Source: Acidobacteriaceae bacterium
GTDB taxonomy: Bacteria; Acidobacteriota; Vicinamibacteria; Vicinamibacterales; CAVVIG01
Direction of reading: 5' to 3'
Assembly (NCBI GenBank): GCA_031274845.1
Contig: JAISPN010000015.1
Span: 1-41,506, forward strand
Length of the DNA stretch: 41,506 nucleotides
In this document: positions 1 through 9,899 of the stretch, piece by piece
How the letters are laid out: each line of letters begins with the position of its first letter
Position numbering within the stretch: position 1 is the first letter of the stretch
Notes under the pieces: generated by a model
Databases searched by the model: none
Told to the model about the DNA's origin: nothing
Seen by the model: the letters and a program-made list of their open reading frames with translations, nothing else
Program-made: the position numbers and the translations under genes

Positions 1-798
1 ATTGGTCTGCGCGGCGCGTGGGATGGCGGCGGCTTGCAAGCGAACGGCCCCGCGTTCGATTACCACCTGTATGCGATTCAGGGCGGCGTCGATCTCTACC
101 GCCGCGAGCACGACAACGGAGCGCGCGATCTCGTGGGCGTCTTGGGCAGCGCGGGCAGCGTGTCGTCAACCGTCACGTCGGATGCGGGGAATCCGGCGGG
201 CGGCGTGACGCTCGACATGAAGACGTTCGGCGCGACCTGGACGCACTTCGGCGAGAGCGGCTGGTATCTCGATGGCCTCGTGCAGCGCAGCGGGATTAAC
301 GCGAAGGTGACGTCGCCGCGGATGTCGTCAACGACGACCGGCGTAAACGTCGCGGCGTCGCTCGAAGGGGGCTATCCGGTGGCGCTCACGGCGCGGACGC
401 TCGTCGAGCCGCAGGTGCAGGTGCTGGTGCAGCGCTTGTCGTTCAATCCGCTGACCGATGCGCTGACGACCGTTGCCTTCGACAATGCGACCTCGTGGAC
501 CGGCCGCCTCGGCGCGCGTCTCTCGCGGACGTGGGGCGCGACGACACCGCGGCAACCGCGCGCGACGACGTGGGCGAGGGCGAGCGTGTGGAAGGACCTG
601 TCGGGAGCGAGCGCGATTCAGATCGACGCCACCTCCATCCGCGCAACCTACGGCAATAGCTGGTTCGATGTCGGCGGCGGCGGCGACGTTCGCCTCGGCG
701 GACCGCTCACGCTTTACGGCGCCGTCAGTTATCAGACCTCGGTTGGTGACGTGCGCCATGCGATCACGGGGAGCGGCGGCCTGCGCCTCAATTGGTAA
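1..798 (+). CDS. Autotransporter outer-membrane beta-barrel domain, C-terminal part (5' truncated by window edge)
   Basis: Frame 1 is open from base 1. Alternating beta-strand pattern with Gly/aromatic-rich turns. C-terminus ...GSGGLRLNW ends in an aromatic residue, typical of autotransporter translocator domains. Confidence 0.7.
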   Translation: MGLRGAWDGGGLQANGPAFDYHLYAIQGGVDLYRREHDNGARDLVGVLGSAGSVSSTVTSDAGNPAGGVTLDMKTFGATWTHFGESGWYLDGLVQRSGINAKVTSPRMSSTTTGVNVAASLEGGYPVALTARTLVEPQVQVLVQRLSFNPLTDALTTVAFDNATSWTGRLGARLSRTWGATTPRQPRATTWARASVWKDLSGASAIQIDATSIRATYGNSWFDVGGGGDVRLGGPLTLYGAVSYQTSVGDVRHAITGSGGLRLNW

Positions 799-900
799 CT
801 CGATCATCTGGTCATTGACGGATGGGGCATTTCAAGCGGCAACGAACCCACCCTCGAAGCTGTCGCCCCAATCGTTCAATGACCAGATGACCGGATCGAG
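799..900. repeat. About 100-bp palindromic element; arms CTCGATCATCTGGTCATTGA / TCAATGACCAGATGA(CCGGA)TCGAG
   Basis: 804-818 and 876-890 are exact reverse complements (15 bp). The flanks 799-805 and 894-900 also pair, with a 5-nt insertion. The element starts right after the autotransporter stop (796-798). Confidence 0.7.
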
Positions 901-903
901 CTA

Positions 904-963
904 GTGACCAGATGAAATAACCAGGTGAAAGACAGGTGACCCCATGACCAGATCGCCAGATGA
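904..963. repeat. Cluster of ATGACCAGAT-type motif copies (GTGACCAGATGA 904-915, ATGACCAGAT 944-953, GCCAGATGA 955-963)
   Basis: Read directly from the sequence. Same motif as the arms of the 799-900 element. It overlaps the 5' end of the HTH ORF. Confidence 0.6.
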
Positions 964-1216
964 CAAGATGAGCAGATCGCCTGGGCCGCACAGCGAGCTT
1001 GCGGTGTTGATCTGTTCCTACAGGCTTGCCGCCCGCTGGACGCAAGAGGAGCTCGCGGCGAAGGCGGGGCTGACGCTGGCGGTGGTGGCCGCGATCGAAG
1101 ACGGGCACAGCACGCGGTGGGACACGTTGACGAAACTGGCCAACGCCTTCGGCTTCGACAGCTTCATCGATCTGTGTCGCGCTGGCGAGTTAATCATCTG
1201 GCCGTCTGGTCATTGA
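944..1216 (+). CDS. XRE-family helix-turn-helix transcriptional regulator (alternative start ATG 968)
   Basis: The segment RLAARWTQEELAAKAGLTLAVVAAIEDGH matches the Cro/C1 HTH pattern. The near-duplicate codon strings ATGACCAGATCGCC and ATGAGCAGATCGCC make the start ambiguous. The stop lies inside a motif copy. Confidence 0.65.
   Translation: MTRSPDDKMSRSPGPHSELAVLICSYRLAARWTQEELAAKAGLTLAVVAAIEDGHSTRWDTLTKLANAFGFDSFIDLCRAGELIIWPSGH
1194..1216. repeat. Motif copies TCATCTGGCC + GTCTGGTCATTGA at the 3' end of the HTH gene
   Basis: TCTGGTCATTGA at 1205-1216 is identical to 807-818. Confidence 0.6.
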
Positions 1217-1275
1217 TGATTCGGAGTGCTTCACGCCGCCACATATTCACGCTCGAAGCTTCGGCTCCCAATCAT

Positions 1276-1872
1276 CTACGACCGTGCGAAGGCGAGCAGC
1301 GCCACGAGGTCATGCTGGTCCGCCGCCTGGAGCGCGTCGATATAGCGTCGGCGTACCTCGCCTGCGTCTTGCAGTGTGACGCGGCCCCATGTGAAGCGTT
1401 CGCCCCCCAGTTGCATCACCAGCAGATCGGCCATTAGTCGCGCATGCCGGCCGTTCCCGTTTGGGAACGGATGAATCTGGACGAGGCGGTGGTGTACACG
1501 AACGGCGATTTCGTCAGGGGTGTACGCCTGGTGCGCGATCCAGGCGTTGGCGTCGGCGAGCAGGTGCCTCAGCGCGATTGGAATCTCGTAGTACGCGATC
1601 CCGAGGTTGCGCGCGCTCGTCCTGAAGGTGCCGGCCCATCGCCAGACGTCGCCAAACATGCGGCGATGCAGATCCTTCACGAAGGTTTCCGTCAGGACGT
1701 TGCGGCTGCGGGCGAGTGTCCACATGTGCGCGCGTTCGATGTTGGCCTGCTCGGCGGTATTCAACTCACGTCGATAGGCGATATCAGAGGGGATGAGCCC
1801 CTTCCGTTCGTCAGGGGTGAGCGGTGTGGCCGCGTCCGGCTCTTCGAAGAGGTCGGTCACCCCGCGTGTCAC
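1276..1872 (-). CDS. Fic/DOC family protein (mobile mystery protein B-like)
   Basis: Fic motif HPFPNGNGRHARLMADLL. GTG start at 1872 overlaps the TGA of the upstream HTH gene (GTGA). The longer 316-aa ORF upstream is an Arg/Pro-rich out-of-frame overlap with that gene. Confidence 0.85.
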   Translation of the reverse strand: MTRGVTDLFEEPDAATPLTPDERKGLIPSDIAYRRELNTAEQANIERAHMWTLARSRNVLTETFVKDLHRRMFGDVWRWAGTFRTSARNLGIAYYEIPIALRHLLADANAWIAHQAYTPDEIAVRVHHRLVQIHPFPNGNGRHARLMADLLVMQLGGERFTWGRVTLQDAGEVRRRYIDALQAADQHDLVALLAFARS

Positions 1873-2324
1873 TCCCAGAATACGTGGGGGTTGGTGTCGC
1901 GGAGGAGGTCGTCGATCTGTGCGTCGGTGATGTGGTCGTCTGCCTGTTGATCTTCCAGCAGCATCGTGTGCGCCACGGGTTGACGGTGTCGCCGAAGCCA
2001 TGTGCGCGCGCGTGCTCGGACCGTCGTGTCGAGTGGCGTATTCGGAATGAGCGCGTAGACGAGCGTGCAGTCGAGAGCGAGGGCAGCGCGCTGCAGTGTG
2101 GTCAACGAGATGCTCCCCCTTTCTTCCGAGCGTTCGAGACCAACGAGCGTCGGTTGACGCACACCCATCCGCTGGGCCAGTTGGGCCGTGCTCATGCCGA
2201 GGGCTTCGCGGATGGCTTTGATCCAACCCCTGGCGGGCGGGTGGTAGCGCGTGGTTGCCCCGAACTGGCCGAGACGTTCGTCGAGACGAGACCTGGAGTG
2301 TGCAGCGACGCGAGCCTTTTTCAT
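1869..2324 (-). CDS. HTH-domain partner protein of Fic (mobile mystery protein A-like, XRE-type)
   Basis: The segment AIREALGMSTAQLAQRMGVRQPTLVGLERSE is an XRE-type HTH. The gene is translationally coupled to the Fic gene. Confidence 0.75.
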   Translation of the reverse strand: MKKARVAAHSRSRLDERLGQFGATTRYHPPARGWIKAIREALGMSTAQLAQRMGVRQPTLVGLERSEERGSISLTTLQRAALALDCTLVYALIPNTPLDTTVRARARTWLRRHRQPVAHTMLLEDQQADDHITDAQIDDLLRDTNPHVFWE

Positions 2325-2327
2325 TGC

Positions 2328-2372
2328 CTATATCCTATTGATCAAGCAGTTTACCATAGGCTATATGCTATT
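2328..2372 (-). promoter_or_regulatory. Candidate operator: direct repeat CTATATCCTATT (2328-2339) / CTATATGCTATT (2361-2372) in the AT-rich region upstream of the HTH/Fic operon
   Basis: 11/12 identical repeats, 33 bp apart start to start, lying 4-48 bp upstream of the ATG at 2324. Confidence 0.35.
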
Positions 2373-2377
2373 AAATA

Positions 2378-2410
2378 ATCTGGCTGTCCCATCTGGGGAT
2401 CTGGTCATGA
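2378..2410. repeat. Three ATCTGG copies ending in ATCTGGTCATGA
   Basis: ATCTGG at 2378, 2391 and 2399. 2399-2410 resembles 806-818. Confidence 0.55.
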
Positions 2411-2491
2411 AGCGATTGAGGGCGCTGACTGGGGGTGGGCGAGGTGCCGCGTGAAATCCACGGATTCGTCAACGGCCAGACGGCCGGATGG

Positions 2492-3250
2492 CTACAAATG
2501 GTTGATGAGGCTGGCGATGTTGGCGGCGCCGAAGCCGTTGTCGATGTTCACCACTGAGACGCCGGAGGCGCAACTGGTCAGCATGCCGAGGAGCGCGGCG
2601 ATGCCGCCGAAGCTGGCGCCGTAGCCGATCGAGGTCGGGACGGCAATCACCGGCACGGCGACGAGGCCGGCGACGACGCTGGGGAGCGCGCCTTCCATGC
2701 CGGCGACGACGATGATGACGCGCGCCTGTTCGAGGCGATGCCGTTCGCCGAGGAGGCGGTGCAGCCCGGCGACGCCGACATCGTAGAGCCGCTCGACGTC
2801 GTTCCCCATCAACTCCGCGGTACGGCAGGCTTCTTCCGCGACCGGCAGGTCGGACGTCCCGGCGGCGATGACGAGAATCTGTCCTTTGCCCGGGGAGACG
2901 TCTTGCTGTTTGAACGCGATGATTCTGGCGTCGGGATGGAATTGCGCGTCTGGCACCACGCGTTTCACCGCGTCGAAGGCGTCGGCGGACGCGCGGGTAA
3001 CGAGCAGCGTGGAGCCGCGCGCCACGATCCCGGCGGCGATCGTGGCGATTTGGCCGGGCGTTTTTCCGAGGCCGAGGATGACTTCGGGAAACCCTTGGCG
3101 GAAGGCCCGATGGTGGTCGACCCGGGCGAAGCCGAGGTTTTCAAACGGCGCATCGCGCAGCGTGCCAAGCAGGGCGCGTTCGGCGTCGGCGGGCGCAAGC
3201 GTGCCGGCGGCGACGCGAGTGAGGAGCGTGGTGAGTTCAGACGGTGTCAT
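2492..3250 (-). CDS. larB: LarB-like nickel pincer cofactor biosynthesis protein (PurE/AIR carboxylase-related)
   Basis: C-terminal PurE-like fold signature [16 protein letters not shown]...[15 protein letters not shown]...PTSIGYG, plus the N-terminal extension typical of LarB. Confidence 0.75.
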   Translation of the reverse strand: MTPSELTTLLTRVAAGTLAPADAERALLGTLRDAPFENLGFARVDHHRAFRQGFPEVILGLGKTPGQIATIAAGIVARGSTLLVTRASADAFDAVKRVVPDAQFHPDARIIAFKQQDVSPGKGQILVIAAGTSDLPVAEEACRTAELMGNDVERLYDVGVAGLHRLLGERHRLEQARVIIVVAGMEGALPSVVAGLVAVPVIAVPTSIGYGASFGGIAALLGMLTSCASGVSVVNIDNGFGAANIASLINHL

Positions 3251-3275
3251 GAGCGGCCAGAAACGGGCGGTTTTG

Positions 3276-3305
3276 TTGACCTGTAGCGGGATCGGCCGCT
3301 AATAT
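3276..3305 (+). promoter_or_regulatory. Sigma70-like promoter TTGACC-N18-TAATAT upstream of the GT2 gene
   Basis: -35 at 3276-3281 and -10 at 3300-3305. Only about 16 nt to the ATG at 3322, with no obvious SD. Confidence 0.35.
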
Positions 3306-3321
3306 TAATCGATTACGCTAA

Positions 3322-4815
3322 ATGACGCTTGCTGAAACTCTTACGCTCGCCTCTTACTTCTTCGTTTTAATCGTTCTCGCGGTTTACGGGTGGCACCGGT
3401 ACTACCTGGTCTACTTGTACATGAAGAACCGGGATCGGCAGCCCAAAGCGGGTCCGCCGTTGTCGCCGATGCCGGTGGTCACCATCCAGCTTCCCCTGTA
3501 CAACGAGATGTATGTCGCCGACCGGCTCATTGCCGCGGTGTGCGACATTGAATACCCGCGCGACCTGCTCGAAATTCAGGTGCTCGACGACTCGACCGAC
3601 GAGACGACGAACATCGCCGAGCGCGCGGTACGGCGGTATGCCGCCGAAGGCATCGACATCAAGTATTTCCACCGGACCGACCGCACCGGCTTCAAGGCTG
3701 GCGCGCTCGAAGCGGGGCTCGCAAGCGCCCGTGGCGAGTTTGTGGCGATCTTCGACGCCGACTTCCTGCCGGGCGCCGATTTCCTCACCCAGCTGATGCC
3801 GCACTTTGCCGACGCCAAGGTCGCGATGGTGCAGGCGCGCTGGGGGCACATCAACCAGGACTACTCGCTGCTCACGAAGATCCAGTCGATTCTCCTCGAC
3901 GGGCATTTCGTGCTGGAGCACGGCGGCCGGAACCGCGCCGGACACTTCTTCAACTTCAACGGGACGGCGGGCGTCTGGCGGCTGGCCGCGATTCGTGACG
4001 CCGGCGGCTGGCAGCACGATACGCTGACCGAGGATCTCGACCTCAGCTACCGCGCGCAGTTGCGCGGCTGGCGTTTCGTCTTCGTCCCCGATGTGATTGC
4101 GCCGGCGGAAGTGCCGGTCGAGATGAACGCCTTCAAGTCGCAGCAGCACCGCTGGGCGAAGGGGTCGATTCAGACCTGCCGCAAGCTCCTGCCGCAGATT
4201 CTCCGCGCCAAGGTGCCGTTCAGCGTGAAGGCCGAAGCGTTCTTCCACCTCACGGCGAACTTCAACTACCCGTTGATGTGCGTGCTGTCGGTGCTGATGT
4301 TCCCGTCCATGGTGATCCGCTACAACATGGGCTGGTACGAGATGATGCTCATCGACATCCCGCTTTTTTTCGCGGCGACGTTTTCGGTCTGCAACTTCTA
4401 CCTGGTGTGCCAGCGGGAAATCCACCGCGATTGGCGCACGCGCATCAAATACCTGCCGTTCCTGATGTCGATCGGGATTGGTCTCGCGATTAACAACACG
4501 CGCGCGGTGTTCGAGGCGATGTTCAACAAGCACACCGAGTTCGTCCGCACGCCGAAGTATCGCGTCGAGCAGGACGCCGACGAATGGGTCGGCAAGAAGT
4601 ACCGCCAGTCGGTGGCGGTGCAGCCGATGATCGAGCTGGCGCTCGGCCTCTACTTCACCGCGACGGTGTTCTACGCGCTCGCCAACCAGATTTACGGGAC
4701 CGTGCCGTTTCTGGTGCTGTTTCAGGTCGGCTTTCTCTACACCGGGCTGCTCTCGATCGTGCAGCAGTATGCCGGCGATCCAGAGCCGGTGTTGAACACG
4801 CAGATCGCGAAGTAA
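3322..4815 (+). CDS. Family 2 processive beta-glycosyltransferase (cellulose synthase/CslA-like), membrane-integrated
   Basis: DDSTD, DAD and TED motifs plus QQHRWAKG (QxxRW). N- and C-terminal TM segments. Confidence 0.85.
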   Translation: MTLAETLTLASYFFVLIVLAVYGWHRYYLVYLYMKNRDRQPKAGPPLSPMPVVTIQLPLYNEMYVADRLIAAVCDIEYPRDLLEIQVLDDSTDETTNIAERAVRRYAAEGIDIKYFHRTDRTGFKAGALEAGLASARGEFVAIFDADFLPGADFLTQLMPHFADAKVAMVQARWGHINQDYSLLTKIQSILLDGHFVLEHGGRNRAGHFFNFNGTAGVWRLAAIRDAGGWQHDTLTEDLDLSYRAQLRGWRFVFVPDVIAPAEVPVEMNAFKSQQHRWAKGSIQTCRKLLPQILRAKVPFSVKAEAFFHLTANFNYPLMCVLSVLMFPSMVIRYNMGWYEMMLIDIPLFFAATFSVCNFYLVCQREIHRDWRTRIKYLPFLMSIGIGLAINNTRAVFEAMFNKHTEFVRTPKYRVEQDADEWVGKKYRQSVAVQPMIELALGLYFTATVFYALANQIYGTVPFLVLFQVGFLYTGLLSIVQQYAGDPEPVLNTQIAK

Positions 4816-4824
4816 GCCGAGGGC

Positions 4825-5964
4825 ATGGCTACCACCGACACGCCGAAAGCCGGACTCGAAGATACCGTCGCGACCTCGTCGGCCATCTGCTATCTCGATG
4901 GCGATCGCGGCGTGCTCGCCTACTGCGGCTACGACATCCACGAGCTTGCGCGTCACGCGACGTTCGAGGAGGTCTGCTACCTGCTGTGGCACCGGCGATT
5001 ACCGACCCGCGCGGAGCTGGGCGATCTGCAATCGCAGTTTGCGGCCGGCCGTCATCTGCCGGAAGGCGTCATCCGCGTGATGCGGACGCTTCCGCCGTCG
5101 GACGGCATGGACACGCTCCGGACGCTCACGTCGGTGCTGTCGCACTTCGATCCGGACGCGAACGATAAATCGCCGCAGGCGAACTATCGCAAAGCGGTCC
5201 GGCTCACCGCGCAGATTGGGACCTTGGTGGCGGTGATGGGGCGGCTTGCCAAAGGGCAAGGGGTCGTGGCGCCGGACCCGGTGCTCGGCTACGCCGCGAA
5301 TTTCCTCTACATGCTCACGGGCGAGCGGCCGGGCGGTCTGGCGACGCGCGCGTTTGACGTCGCGCTCATTTTGCACGCCGATCACGAGCTGAACGCGTCG
5401 ACGTTCGCGGCGCGTGTCGCGGCGGCCACGCTCACCGACATCCACTCGGCGGTCGTCGGCGCGATTGGCGCGCTCAAAGGTCCGCTGCACGGTGGCGCGA
5501 ACGCCGAAGTGATGAAGATGCTGCTCGATATCGGCGCGGATGCGCCGGTCGAGCGCGCCGAAGACGTCGTGCGCGCGAAACTCGCGCGGAAGGAAAAGAT
5601 TCCCGGCTTCGGTCACCGCGTGTACCACACGGAAGATCCACGCGCGACGCACCTGCGGCAGATGTCGAAGGATCTCTGCCAGCGCGCCGGGATGCCGATC
5701 TGGTACGAGATGTCAGAGCGCATCGAGGCGCTGGTCAAGGCGGAGAAGAAGCTCAATCCGAACGTCGATTTTTACTCGGCATCGACGTATCACGCGCTCG
5801 GCATCGCGACCGATCTCTTCACGCCGATCTTTGCCGTCAGCCGCATGTCGGGCTGGACCGCGCACGTGCTCGAGCAGTACGCGAACAATCGTCTCATTCG
5901 TCCGCGCGCCGAGTACGTCGGCCCTGTCTATCCGCAGCGGTATGTCCCGCTCGAATCTCGCTGA
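4825..5964 (+). CDS. gltA: Citrate synthase (short, roughly 380-aa type; could be 2-methylcitrate synthase)
   Basis: Motifs GPLHGGANE, PGFGHRVYHTEDPRA and NVDFYS. Confidence 0.9.
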   Translation: MATTDTPKAGLEDTVATSSAICYLDGDRGVLAYCGYDIHELARHATFEEVCYLLWHRRLPTRAELGDLQSQFAAGRHLPEGVIRVMRTLPPSDGMDTLRTLTSVLSHFDPDANDKSPQANYRKAVRLTAQIGTLVAVMGRLAKGQGVVAPDPVLGYAANFLYMLTGERPGGLATRAFDVALILHADHELNASTFAARVAAATLTDIHSAVVGAIGALKGPLHGGANAEVMKMLLDIGADAPVERAEDVVRAKLARKEKIPGFGHRVYHTEDPRATHLRQMSKDLCQRAGMPIWYEMSERIEALVKAEKKLNPNVDFYSASTYHALGIATDLFTPIFAVSRMSGWTAHVLEQYANNRLIRPRAEYVGPVYPQRYVPLESR

Positions 5965-5982
5965 CGTCGTCTCTAGCTGACC

Positions 5983-7787
<1,805 letters not shown>

Positions 7788-7791
<4 letters not shown>

Positions 7792-8495
7792 CCGGAGAGA
7801 CGCCGTTCGCGAAGTCGACGATCCGCGAATATTTCGAATCAATCGTCATCGCCGTCATCCTCGCGCTCTTCATCCGGACGTTCGTCGTGCAGGCGTTCAA
7901 GATCCCGACCGGATCGATGGAGAACAACCTCCTCATCGGCGATCACCTGCTCGTGAACAAGTTCATCTTCGGTCCCTCGGCGACCGGTCTCGAGCGGATG
8001 CTCTTGCCGATGGCGACGATCAAGCGCGGCGACGTGATCGTGTTCAAGTACCCCGAAGATCCTGAGCGCGATTTCATCAAGCGGGTGATTGGCCTGCCCG
8101 GCGACACGCTGGAGCTTCGGCAGAAGAAGATCTACATCAACGGCACGCCGCTCGATGAACCGTACGTGCACTTTCTGGAGCCGCCGCACAGCGGCAATGA
8201 GCACGAGATCACCTCGCTCGACGTCCGCGAGAACTACGGCCCGGTGACGGTGCCGCCCGATCAGTATTTCGCGATGGGCGACAATCGCGACAACTCGCAG
8301 GACAGCCGCTACTGGGGATTTCTCCGGCGCGACTACGTGAAGGGAAAAGCGCTCGTCATCTACTGGTCCTTTGAATCGGATCGCGAGGACTATCAGGAAG
8401 AGACGGCTGGCGAGACGTTGCGCGGGCTCGGGTCGGTGTTCGCGCACTTCTTCACGCGCACGCGCTGGGATCGGATGCTGCAACAGATCCGTTAA
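7788..8495 (+). CDS. lepB: Signal peptidase I
   Basis: ATG overlaps the lepA stop (ATGA). [10 protein letters not shown] and RGDVIVF boxes, [14 protein letters not shown]. Confidence 0.9.
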
Positions 8496-8527
8496 CCCGC
8501 GTGGCGGGAGCCGATGGGAGATGACGC

Positions 8528-8878
8528 ATGAAGCTGTTGCTCAAGCTGGCCATCGCGGCGCTCATCGCCAACACGATCTATCGTGTCGGTCACGAATACC
8601 TCTCGTACATCAAGTTCAGAGACGCGGTGCGCGTCGCGGCCACATCTAGAGCGCGGGGTAACGAGGAACTTCGCTTCAGGATCGGCGAGATCGCTGACGA
8701 GTACGACATCCCGCAAGACATCGAGGCCATCGAGATCCGCCGCGCGGACGGTCGTGTGATCGTCCACGGCGTGTACACCAAAGCGATCGAGGTTGTGCCG
8801 GCCTACCGATATCCGTGGGCGTTTATGTGGGACGTCGACGCGCTGGCCCCCACATCAACGGAAGTCCCGCCGCGCTGA
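8528..8878 (+). CDS. Hypothetical protein with an N-terminal membrane anchor
   Basis: GGGAGA SD about 6 nt upstream. N-terminus KLLLKLAIAALIANTIY is hydrophobic. No family recognised. Confidence 0.5.
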   Translation: MKLLLKLAIAALIANTIYRVGHEYLSYIKFRDAVRVAATSRARGNEELRFRIGEIADEYDIPQDIEAIEIRRADGRVIVHGVYTKAIEVVPAYRYPWAFMWDVDALAPTSTEVPPR

Positions 8879-8901
8879 CTCGTGCGCTGACAGGTCGCGT
8901 C

Positions 8902-9189
8902 TTATGTGGCCGACAGCGCGCGTGCGGCGGTTGATGCGGACACGCCGTCAATCGTCAGCCGCTTCGTCCGGTTCGTGTCGCCGCTGGTAAGACGAATCGC
9001 GCGCTTTGGACACCCCAACTGGCGGCTGAGAAATTCGATGAGCGCCTCGTTGGCGGCGCCATCGACCGGCGGCGCGGAGAGACGGATCAGGAGATGGCCG
9101 TCACGTTCGCCCGAGGCCTCGGTCCGTTTGGCGCGCGGGATGACGCGGACCAGAAGCTCAATGCCGGTGGCCGTCTCCCGGATCATCAC
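8902..9189 (-). CDS. yggU: DUF167/YggU family protein
   Basis: Motifs VIPRAKR...APPVDGAAN..L..FLS. ATGA overlap with yggS. Confidence 0.8.
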   Translation of the reverse strand: MMIRETATGIELLVRVIPRAKRTEASGERDGHLLIRLSAPPVDGAANEALIEFLSRQLGCPKRAIRLTSGDTNRTKRLTIDGVSASTAARALSAT

Positions 9190-9893
9190 GCGTGATACTC
9201 CCGCTCGCCGAAGATCGCCGACCCGACGCGGACTAGCGTCGCGCCTTCCTCGATCGCGACGCCAAAATCGTGGCTCATGCCCATCGACAGCTCGCGCAAC
9301 ATCGCCGCGTGTCGCGCGCGCGGCGTCAGCCGTTCGGCGATCTCGCGGAGCGTGGCGAAATACGGTCGCGCCGCTTCCGGATCGTCAACGGCCGGCGGCA
9401 GCGTCATCAGGCCAACGAGTTGCGCCGCCGTACACCGGTTTGCCGTGTCGACGAGCCGTGCAAGCTGATCGGGTGTCGCGCCGAACTTCGTCGCCTCGCC
9501 AGCGAGATCGACTTGCAGTAGCACGTCGACCGTGCGTCCCGCGGCGTGTGCCGCTTCGTCGATTTTGATTAAGAGCGCTTCGCTGTCGATCGAGTGAATG
9601 GTGTCGAAGGCGACGGCCTTCTTCGCTTTGTTCGACTGCAGGTGCCCGATGAAATGCCAGCGGAGCGAGAGATCCGCCGTGGCCTCGGACTTGGCGAGCC
9701 CTTCCTGGACTTTGTTTTCGCCGAAGTCGCACTGGCCGAGTGCGGCGCACGCGCGAACGGCATCGATGGGAAATGTTTTGGAGACAGCGACGAGGCGAAC
9801 CGAGGCGGGGTCGCGTCTCGCCCGCCTGGCCGCGTCCGCGAGACGTTCGCGGATGCCGCTCAGACGGGCGGAGAGCACGACGGGGTCGAGCAC
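9186..9893 (-). CDS. yggS: YggS family pyridoxal-phosphate homeostasis protein
   Basis: VAVSKTFP and FGENKVQE, WHFIGHLQSNK, SMGMSHDF. Confidence 0.9.
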   Translation of the reverse strand: MLDPVVLSARLSGIRERLADAARRARRDPASVRLVAVSKTFPIDAVRACAALGQCDFGENKVQEGLAKSEATADLSLRWHFIGHLQSNKAKKAVAFDTIHSIDSEALLIKIDEAAHAAGRTVDVLLQVDLAGEATKFGATPDQLARLVDTANRCTAAQLVGLMTLPPAVDDPEAARPYFATLREIAERLTPRARHAAMLRELSMGMSHDFGVAIEEGATLVRVGSAIFGEREYHA

Positions 9894-9899
9894 GGAACC

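Noticed and set aside
799-900. Possibility that the palindromic element and the other motif clusters are integron attC sites, given the repeat-bounded cassette layout and mobile-mystery-protein genes.
   Set aside because: I cannot find the RYYYAAC / GTTRRRY core sites at the arm ends. No integrase (intI) or attI is present in the window, and the units are in mixed orientations. It is kept only as a generic repeat finding.
1873-2226. N-terminal 118-aa extension of the Fic ORF in the track (316 aa total).
   Set aside because: It is Arg/Pro/His-rich and entirely overlaps the better-supported HTH partner gene in another frame. The GTG at 1872 gives a normal-sized Fic protein with a coupled start.
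3367-4992. 541-aa ORF antisense to the GT2 synthase. Similar long antisense or overlapping ORFs occur at 6466-7842, 11070-12545, 13202-14350, 14663-15985, 16143-17393, 20911-21879 and 28549-29868.
   Set aside because: All are Arg/His/Gly/Asp-rich with no recognisable motifs. Each lies opposite or out of frame to genes with unmistakable family signatures. This is the expected stop-codon-poor artefact of GC-rich DNA.
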